From the NCBI GenBank assembly GCA_050260015.1, contig JBLNBN010000022.1, forward strand, positions 23,290-87,289: a stretch of DNA of 64,000 bases, read 5' to 3'. Under the pieces are notes generated by a model. It saw only the letters and a program-made list of their open reading frames with translations, was not told the DNA's origin and ran no database searches. Position 1 is the stretch's first letter, and the number at the start of each line of letters is the position of its first letter. Source of the stretch: Chloroflexota bacterium. GTDB taxonomy: Bacteria > Bacteroidota > Ignavibacteria > Kapaibacteriales > UBA2268. The position numbers and the translations under genes are program-made. Positions 1-7,174 of the stretch are shown here, one piece after another.

Positions 1-3000
1 TTCGAGCCGTCGATAGCGCTCTTTATGCCTTTAGGCGTTACTGTGACTACCGCCGGTTGGGAGGTAGCGGAGTCGCAATCGTTCTTAATAATCGCTACAT
101 ACGTTCCTTTATGCGTTTCAGCTGCGGAGGCCACGTATAGCGTTTTATTCGTTTCGTTGGCTATAGCTTCGCCATCCTTGTACCATTGGTAGAGCATTGG
201 AGAATCGCTCGTCGCTTCTACAGTGAGCGCGAATTCTTTTTCTTCTTCCACCGTTACGTCCTGGGGTTGGGTAGAAATAGTCGGTCCGTCGTGGAACGTC
301 CAGCTAACTTCGGGAGTCTCCCAAACCTGGCCGCTGGGGAGCATCGTTACGCGCGTCTTTTGGATTTGATTGTCCTTGCTCGACGTCGGGCCCTCGAGAG
401 CGAAGCCCCAGGTATAATTCTGCGGCTGAGCAGTCGAGAAATCGATAGTTTCCTTGTAGCCGTACTTCGGATTCTGAGGATTATCCGTAATGTGTTCGAT
501 TATCACCTTGTCGAATTGGCCGAAGTAATCCAAGTCGACTTCCCATGCGACTGGCTGATCGCTAGCGCATTGGTCGATGTCGGCGTTTAGCTTATTAAAC
601 GTGATGCCCGGCTTGGGAACGAGGTTGATCGGCTTGGAAAATACCTTTCCGCATTGTCCTTCAACTTCGAGCACGTAGCCTAAGCTGCCGTCGTAATAAT
701 CCGCGCCCTGGATGTTCTTAATAAAGAGCTTCGGGGTGTTCGTACCGGTGAATTTGTCGCCGTCGGAAAGCTTAACGTCCGGAGCGCCCACGACCCTCTT
801 GTACCATTGATATTTCTGCTGGAAGAAAGGAGCCGTGATGCCCTTTATGTGCGCTTCGACGCTGAGCGTTGCGTTTTCGCCGTAGCCGGCCATGATAGAT
901 TCGTCCTGGCGAACGATCGAGGTCTTGCCAAGCGTATAAACGACGAGGTCCTTAGTGTCCAGACCCTGCGCTACGTTTGCGGGACCGTAAACGTGGCAGC
1001 GGTAAATGCCGGTGTTTTCCTTCGTTAATACGGGGATGCGGTATACCGACTTCGTTTCGCCGGGTATAGGCTGTCCGTCTTTGTACCATTGGAAGGAAGT
1101 CTCTGCGCCGCCCGTTACCTGGGCTACGACTTTCATCATAAGGTTCGTCGAGCCTTCGCATTCGAGCAATTCTTTTGGTTGCTCGATGATGGCGATCGAG
1201 AGGTTCATACCGTTCGAGCCGGAGTACCAGTAAGCCGTGCGCTCGTTGCCTAAGAAGTCAAACTTCTGGAAATCGGCGTCGACGTCCGCCGGCAATGCAA
1301 GCGGCGTGTTGAATACGATTGCGTCGACGTAGCGGCCGAGCTTCGTGCCAGCTTCTTCGTTGAACGTTATTTTCAGGTTTACCGACGTTTGATCGTTAGT
1401 AAGGTCTTTCCAACGCGTAATATCGTTGGGAACGTCCGTGCCGATCGTGTAGAAGTTATTCTGTGAGCCGGCGATTACCGGGGAGGCTGAATAATCAAAA
1501 GCTTTGCCCTTGCCGCGGTTTACGAAAATATTTCTCGAAGCGTTAAGGGATCCGCCGTTGACGCTCAGTACTGCGTTGGCGTCGCTATTGAGGTTGAACG
1601 TGTTGTAAATGTAATTGATCCCGTTATTGGAGACGTTCATTGCGCCGGTAGCGTTGTTGCCGACAACCGCGTTATCCGCAATGTAACCAGATGCGTTGGA
1701 CGCTTTAATGCCGCTCATAGCGTTACTCGAAGCCGCGGAGTTAACGACGATTTCGTTGTACGCCGCGCGAAGGTCGCCGCCGGCGTAGTTAATAGCCGCG
1801 CCGTTAATAGCGTCCGCGGAGCTGGACACCAATACCTTATTGTTGCGAATGACGGCTTTGGGGCCGGTTACGTAAATACCGTTTACGTTCTCTACGTTGT
1901 TTACTTCATTATTGGAGACAACGGTGGTTCCGGCGTCGAGCGCGGTTACCTTTATGCCCGCGTTAATATCGCCGGGCGAGTGAACTGCGGAGAGATTTTC
2001 AAGCGTGTTTTTCGTGATAGTAGCGCTGTGGCCGCGAACTTCGAACGCAGTGCGGGCGCGGTTCAATTTGTTGTTCATTACCGTGTTCTTCGAAATTTCC
2101 ACCTTATCGGTAGGAGTCGAAGTAGTAGCTTCAAGCAATACGCCCTGACGGGTAAATCCGCTGAATAAGTTGTCCTTAACGAGTAGATTTACCGGTTGGC
2201 CGTCGGCTGCGTCCGCAACTGAAAGCTGGTATGAACCGTTCAGGAATTGGTTGCCCTGGACATCAACGTTTTTCGAGTTCGTAATGCTGACCAAAGCGAA
2301 CTGCTGGGTGGAGCCGGCTACGCCGTTGAATATATTCTTATTCAATTTGAGGCCGTTTACCCCGCTGCCCGCGATAACGAATGCCGGGAAGCCGCTGGGC
2401 TCGACGTAACGGAAATTGATATCCGAAACGGTGATATTATTAGCGTTATTGAGCAAGATCGAATACGGCTGGCTCATCGTAGGAGTAGCCTGCCACGTAA
2501 CGTCGGCGCTCGAACCTGTGGAGGAGCGTATAATTACGTTGTTAGCCGCTTCCGTGTTCTCTATCTTGATTCGCTCGTCGTAGACCCCGGGCTCGATATT
2601 GAACGTAACGCCGCCCGCGCCGACAACGCCGATCACGCTAACGTAATTCGCCATATCCGCCAGCTTCGCAAAGTGCGAATTCGGCTTGCCTACGGAATAT
2701 GTTCCAGGCACGAGAGCCGGGGCTATATACCGATCGGGCGCGGAATTGTTCGAAGTCCATAAGTCGGCTTTGCCGTTGGCTTCGATAACCCATGTTTTGA
2801 ACATGTTCGATTTAATCGGCTTCTCAAATTGGAAATCGAAAGTACCGAGCAAAGCCTCGGCAGTTTGATTTTGGCTTAACGTCCCGAACCAGGTCTTGGG
2901 AGTCTGCTCGACGCCGTCGATGCTCCAACCAATTTTAACGCTGGTAAGCGGCTTACGGGAGTAATTCTTCAAATTTACATAAATATCGTGAACGCCCGTT

Positions 3001-4022
3001 CCGAATTTGCCGGTAGGCTGGGAGATAGCCGTAATTCCGGCGTCGTCCATCGTAGGCGAGGCGTTGGAAGTCTTTACGTCGTTGTTCGGGTCCGCGTCGG
3101 GAGTTCCGTTTGGAGCGCCGTTAATGTTGGTCGCCCATACCCTAATGCTGAACGGATCCCATGGGCCGTCCGGGCCGAACGTGAGGTTGTAATTTCCTAA
3201 AGCAATGTCGGCCGTCTGATTTACGGAGAGCTTGCCGGACCAATTAACCGGTGGCTGTTCCACGCCGTTGACGGACCAATGGACGGTCGCGCTCTTCACG
3301 GAGCCCTTTGAGCCGGAATTTTTAAGCGTCGCCGAGATCGGGTATGTGCCTTCGGAATAGGGCTGCGTCGGGAGAGTGATCGCCGAAATTGAAGCGTCCG
3401 GTATTATAGGCGAAGTTCCCTGGATCAGGACCGCGTCCATATACATATTATTACCGTACTTGCTTATAGCCTTGAAATGTATGTATGCGGCTTCAATCAG
3501 GAACGAATCTGGAATGGTATAGGAATAGTTATACCACCCATTGGCGGAGACGGAAGGCGAAAAATTAATAGCGCGATTTACCCTGCCGAGTAATCGAGCC
3601 CCGTTTACGATGGACGTGTCGTCGTCCACGTATACGTCTATGCATTCGCCGTCGTAACCGCTGGTTTGGTAGCCGTTATCCCTGTACATATAGAAACTGA
3701 CGGTATTTGATGCCATTGAGGAAAAGTCTATAGCGGGCGTCGTTAACCGGCAGGACGTGCCGCTCGACGCGCTGTAGGAATTATACCGGGCCATCGCGGA
3801 GCCGGCATACGGGCTGCAGGACGGCGAGCCGCCGGTCGTAACGCGGTTCCAAACCGTGGAGCTCGGCCCCGATTGAATTACGTTTTTCCATCCGGTCGGG
3901 GGGAAAGTCGTGCTTTCAAATCCCTCGTCGATGTACGTCGTGGTTTGCGAATACGCTAGCGGAGCCATCACAAAGAGAGCTATGATGATCCACCCTATTT
4001 TAAATCGAGTCAATAAACGCAT
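1..4022 (-). CDS. Giant secreted surface protein, N-terminal ~1340 aa (C-terminus lies beyond the left edge). Order: signal peptide, choice-of-anchor-J-like domain, CARDB-like sandwiches, right-handed beta-helix repeats, then an Ig / Ig / variable insert / Ig supermodule
   Basis: Absent from the ORF track because it has no stop in the window. Hand translation from the ATG at 4020-4022 gives MRLLTRFKIGWIIIALFVMAPLAYSQTTTYIDEGFESTTFPPTGWKN. The frame was checked in phase and open at ~2114 (ISKNTVMNN..ITKNTLEN..VSNNEVNN beta-helix-type repeats) and from 1268 to position 3 (IIEQPKELLECEGSTNL..FQWYKDGQPIPGETKSVYRIPVLTKENTGIYRCHV...). The stretch between these was read less carefully. Confidence 0.8.
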   Translation of the reverse strand, partial: MRLLTRFKIGWIIIALFVMAPLAYSQTTTYIDEGFESTTFPPTGWKNVIQSGPSSTVWNRVTTGGSPSCSPYAGSAMARYNSYSASSGTSCRLTTPAIDFSSMASNTVSFYMYRDNGYQTSGYDGECIDVYVDDDTSIVNGARLLGRVNRAINFSPSVSANGWYNYSYTIPDSFLIEAAYIHFKAISKYGNNMYMDAVLIQGTSPIIPDASISAITLPTQPYSEGTYPISATLKNSGSKGSVKSATVHWSVNGVEQPPVNWSGKLSVNQTADIALGNYNLTFGPDGPWDPFSIRVWATNINGAPNGTPDADPNNDVKTSNASPTMDDAGITAISQPTGKFGTGVHDIYVNLKNYSRKPLTSVKIGWSIDGVEQTPKTWFGTLSQNQTAEALLGTFDFQFEKPIKSNMFKTWVIEANGKADLWTSNNSAPDRYIAPALVPGTYSVGKPNSHFAKLADMANYVSVIGVVGAGGVTFNIEPGVYDERIKIENTEAANNVIIRSSTGSSADVTWQATPTMSQPYSILLNNANNITVSDINFRYVEPSGFPAFVIAGSGVNGLKLNKNIFNGVAGSTQQFALVSITNSKNVDVQGNQFLNGSYQLSVADAADGQPVNLLVKDNLFSGFTRQGVLLEATTSTPTDKVEISKNTVMNNKLNRARTAFEVRGHSATITKNTLENLSAVHSPGDINAGIKVTALDAGTTVVSNNEVNNVENVNGIYVTGPKAVIRNNKVLVSSSADAINGAAINYAGGDLRAAYNEIVVNSAASSNAMSGIKASNASGYIADNAVVGNNATGAMNVSNNGINYIYNTFNLNSDANAVLSVNGGSLNASRNIFVNRGKGKAFDYSASPVIAGSQNNFYTIGTDVPNDITRWKDLTNDQTSVNLKITFNEEAGTKLGRYVDAIVFNTPLALPADVDADFQKFDFLGNERTAYWYSGSNGMNLSIAIIEQPKELLECEGSTNLMMKVVAQVTGGAETSFQWYKDGQPIPGETKSVYRIPVLTKENTGIYRCHVYGPANVAQGLDTKDLVVYTLGKTSIVRQDESIMAGYGENATLSVEAHIKGITAPFFQQKYQWYKRVVGAPDVKLSDGDKFTGTNTPKLFIKNIQGADYYDGSLGYVLEVEGQCGKVFSKPINLVPKPGITFNKLNADIDQCASDQPVAWEVDLDYFGQFDKVIIEHITDNPQNPKYGYKETIDFSTAQPQNYTWGFALEGPTSSKDNQIQKTRVTMLPSGQVWETPEVSWTFHDGPTISTQPQDVTVEEEKEFALTVEATSDSPMLYQWYKDGEAIANETNKTLYVASAAETHKGTYVAIIKNDCDSATSQPAVVTVTPKGIKSAIDGS

Positions 4023-4246
4023 AAATACCCTCATATATTGATAATTCTGAAAAGTAGTTTTATCCTTACTTGTTTGTCGCCATTGACGGTGGCGGCACGT
4101 AGTATTACTTGTTACAGATTTTACAAGCAAACGACTACGATGCATATTTAATTTACTTTAAATATTTATAATATGCAAATTTTTTTCAGATTCTATTATA
4201 TGTATTAATTTCGGACGATTACAATCTATTATTTTTTGTTCATCCC

Positions 4247-7138
4247 CTACGGTTTTACTACTACAAACTTTTCGACATACGTTTCAGCGCCGCTTGACAT
4301 CACAATTAAATAGGCCCCGGAGGCGAGACGGGATATATCGCGACGTACGCTTCCCCGGGCCGTTTCCGCTGAAAAGCTCATTACCTCGCGCCCCGAAGCC
4401 TCGAGTATCTTAAAGCGAGCCGGGCCGGCGTCGCCGCTACTGAATGTAATTTCGAGCGCGTCCGAAGCCGGGTTGGGGCCGAGGGAGAGAATGCCGGGAC
4501 CCGCGGACTCGCCCTCCGCGCTCATTATTCCTTTCGGCTTGACCGTTATGTATACTACGTCGGAACCCAGGGGGCCGCATTTGCTGTATAGCTTAACCCA
4601 GTATTTGCCGGCGTCCTCGGCGCGGGCGGATTTGATGGTATAGGCAGTATCGGTCGCGCCGGGGATCTCCTCGCCTTTCCGGAACCACTGGTACGTGCAG
4701 GGCATGCCGGGCTTTTCCTGCTTCACGGTCAGGGTATGATCGCTCCCCTCGGCTACCTCGGCGCTCTGCGGCTGCCGCTCGATCGCCTGGTACCGGTAAT
4801 AGAACGTAGTGTCCGTTCGGCTCTCGAAGACCTCCCCGCCCGGGTAGAACGTAAAGCGCGTCTTGCGTATGTACGGACGGTTCGTTTTTATAAGGGTATC
4901 GTCATAATGAAAGGCATCGGGCCACCAGATACCGAAAAAATCTTTGTATGATTTAATTAATTCGTACGGCAGTTTATCTAAGTCTCTATATGGGGGAGAA
5001 AATGCGCGATTCATTAAAAATGCGGTATCGCCCCAGAACTCTGGCGCGTTATTTATAAATTCTACTTTCGCGGAATCGAAAGAACCGTACACATCGGATT
5101 GAAAGAACCAAACGCAGGGGCCGTCGCCCCCTTTGTGGGGATCCAGTACCTCGCTAAGGCAACGCTCCCTTGCCGAGAGACTTTTGTAGAGGTCCGTATT
5201 GTAACGGAAATAGACCGCGACTTTTGGGCGGAGGTTAATAACCCGGGAGTCTACGTCCGCGCACTGCCCGCTGATACGGAGGAAGTAGCCGTACTCCTCA
5301 AGGTAGCATTCAAGACCGTCGACAGTTTTAATTTTGAGCGCGGGCGTGTTTACGCCGGAGTATTGCTTGTTGTTAACGAGCTTTAGGTCCGGCGCTCCGT
5401 ATTGGCGACGATACCAGTGGTATTTAATCTCATGCGACTGATCGTCGATCCCCTGTAGTTCGGATTCGACTGAGAGAGTCGCGCCGCCGCCGTAGTCCGC
5501 TACAACTAACGTATCCTGCTTCGTTATTACTATCTTCCCGTACATTTTTAGGTCCGCCGAATCGGAGTACATCCCCGCGGGGAACGTCGTCGGCTCCCAA
5601 ACGCGGCACTTATAGCCGCCGGCGCGGTCCGCAGTCAGAACGGGGATTATAAGAGTTTTGTCAGTTTCGCCGGCGAGCGGCGCGCCGTCCTTATACCACT
5701 GGAAGCGGGGCTTGGCGCCGGGGTCCGCGTAAACCTCGACCCTAAGCTTTAGGTCCTTTTCCCCTTCGCAGGCGATCATCGACACGGGATGCTCTATAAT
5801 GTATACGGAAGGCGGGGGTATGACTTTTATTACGGCGGTGTCGGAGCAGATCGTGTCGCACTTGCTGCCCACCTCGACCCAGTATTTCCCCTCGTCGAAG
5901 TAGCCCGCGTTTTTTATCTTGAGTATTTTATCCTTCTGCCCGCGAAGCGGCGCGCCGTCGCGGTACCACTGGTAGGTCAATGGGAAATCGCACTTCGCCT
6001 CGACGGAGAGAGTAAAATTATTTCGCTCGAAGACGGTTTGGCTGCGCGGCTGCTTCGTTATCTCCTGCAGGTCGTGGAATATCCAGTCGGTCTTGACGCT
6101 TTCAAAAACCTCGCCATTTGGATAGAAAGTAATTTTAGTCTGATGAAATTGACTATGCTTACTTGTTGGAGTAAAAGAAAAAATTCCTGAACGCCAAAAC
6201 ATATGTATATCTCTTTTTAAAGCCTTTATTTGATTATATGTATAAGTCGATCGACGTATATTATCTCCTCCCCACTCTTCAAGAGGAGAATGTAGATGCT
6301 CTACTACAATAGAATCAAATACTCCTATTATTTTCGCATAGAAACCGTAGCTCCACCACCTTTGATCAGGATGATGTATTTCACATTCCCAAAAAGGACA
6401 ATCGCTAACTAAGGGGGGATAATCCCATTTAAATTTTACTCCCACTTTCGGACTGACATGCACTAAATCGGAGTATACCTTTCCGCACTGCCCGTCGACC
6501 TCGCAATAGTAGCCCTCGTTCTCGATATAGAATTCGTCGCCGTCGACGCGCTTTATTACGAGTTGGGGCGTTTTCGAGCCGGAGTACTGGTCGTTGTCCA
6601 TTACTTTCTCGTCCCGCTTGCCCTCGACGCGCCGCCACCACTGGTAGCCCTGCTGGAAGAACGGCGCCGAATAGCCTTTCGTATGCGCCTCCACGGTTAG
6701 AATCGCCTCCTTGCCGAAGGGAACTACGACGAGCGTGTCCTGGCGGACGATCGACGTCTTTCCGAGCTGGTAGACCACGGCGTCGCGCGTCTCGACGCTT
6801 TCTAATGGATTTGAAGCGTCCCATACCCGGCAGCGGTATATACCATTGTAGGTCGCGTTCATCTCGGGTATTTTGTAAGAGGATTTAGTTTCGCCCTCGA
6901 GAGCTTTCCCGTCCTTGTACCACTGGTAGCGAGCGACGACGCCCTCGGCGGTCTTCGCCAGCACGCGCAGCTTCAGGTTCTTCGCGCCCTCGCATTCGAG
7001 GAGCTCCTTGGGCTGCTCGATAATCTCGATTCCGGCTGAATACGCTTTTGCGCCCGCTGCTAAAAATAGAAGCGTTATAAGAAATAAAAACGGCGCGCGG
7101 GAGCAAGCGCGCTTGGAAATTGTCCCCATCGATTTCAT
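4247..7138 (-). CDS. Secreted Ig-superfamily repeat protein with a T9SS C-terminal sorting domain. It contains two copies of an [Ig1-Ig2-variable insert-Ig3] supermodule
   Basis: 963-aa ORF with a signal peptide (FLFLITLLFLAAGAKAYS). Ig modules carry C..W..C triads (LECEGAKNLKL..YQWYKDG..GIYRCRV). The C-terminus (LSLGPNPASDALEITF...YLIVMSSGAETYVEKFVVVKP) is typical of Por secretion tails. Confidence 0.9.
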   Translation of the reverse strand: MKSMGTISKRACSRAPFLFLITLLFLAAGAKAYSAGIEIIEQPKELLECEGAKNLKLRVLAKTAEGVVARYQWYKDGKALEGETKSSYKIPEMNATYNGIYRCRVWDASNPLESVETRDAVVYQLGKTSIVRQDTLVVVPFGKEAILTVEAHTKGYSAPFFQQGYQWWRRVEGKRDEKVMDNDQYSGSKTPQLVIKRVDGDEFYIENEGYYCEVDGQCGKVYSDLVHVSPKVGVKFKWDYPPLVSDCPFWECEIHHPDQRWWSYGFYAKIIGVFDSIVVEHLHSPLEEWGGDNIRRSTYTYNQIKALKRDIHMFWRSGIFSFTPTSKHSQFHQTKITFYPNGEVFESVKTDWIFHDLQEITKQPRSQTVFERNNFTLSVEAKCDFPLTYQWYRDGAPLRGQKDKILKIKNAGYFDEGKYWVEVGSKCDTICSDTAVIKVIPPPSVYIIEHPVSMIACEGEKDLKLRVEVYADPGAKPRFQWYKDGAPLAGETDKTLIIPVLTADRAGGYKCRVWEPTTFPAGMYSDSADLKMYGKIVITKQDTLVVADYGGGATLSVESELQGIDDQSHEIKYHWYRRQYGAPDLKLVNNKQYSGVNTPALKIKTVDGLECYLEEYGYFLRISGQCADVDSRVINLRPKVAVYFRYNTDLYKSLSARERCLSEVLDPHKGGDGPCVWFFQSDVYGSFDSAKVEFINNAPEFWGDTAFLMNRAFSPPYRDLDKLPYELIKSYKDFFGIWWPDAFHYDDTLIKTNRPYIRKTRFTFYPGGEVFESRTDTTFYYRYQAIERQPQSAEVAEGSDHTLTVKQEKPGMPCTYQWFRKGEEIPGATDTAYTIKSARAEDAGKYWVKLYSKCGPLGSDVVYITVKPKGIMSAEGESAGPGILSLGPNPASDALEITFSSGDAGPARFKILEASGREVMSFSAETARGSVRRDISRLASGAYLIVMSSGAETYVEKFVVVKP
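6620..6676. repeat. 57-nt tract identical to 8912-8968 in the paralogous gene
   Basis: The string gccctcgacgcgccgccaccactggtagccctgctggaagaacggcgccgaatagcc is present at both positions (it encodes ..FFQQGYQWWRRVEG..). Confidence 0.9.
6975..7021. repeat. 47-nt tract identical to 9258-9304 in the paralogous gene
   Basis: The string aggttcttcgcgccctcgcattcgaggagctccttgggctgctcgat is present at both positions, while flanking codons differ. Confidence 0.9.
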
Positions 7139-7174
7139 TGCATACCCTTTGTTTTATATAATTTACATTCGTTT

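Noticed and set aside
186-3200. Numerous 60-170-aa plus-strand ORFs in the first 3.2 kb of the ORF track
   Set aside because: They lie antisense to a single long open minus-strand frame (1-4022). That frame has a signal peptide, recognisable domains and paralogy to its neighbours, so these are shadow ORFs of a GC-rich gene.
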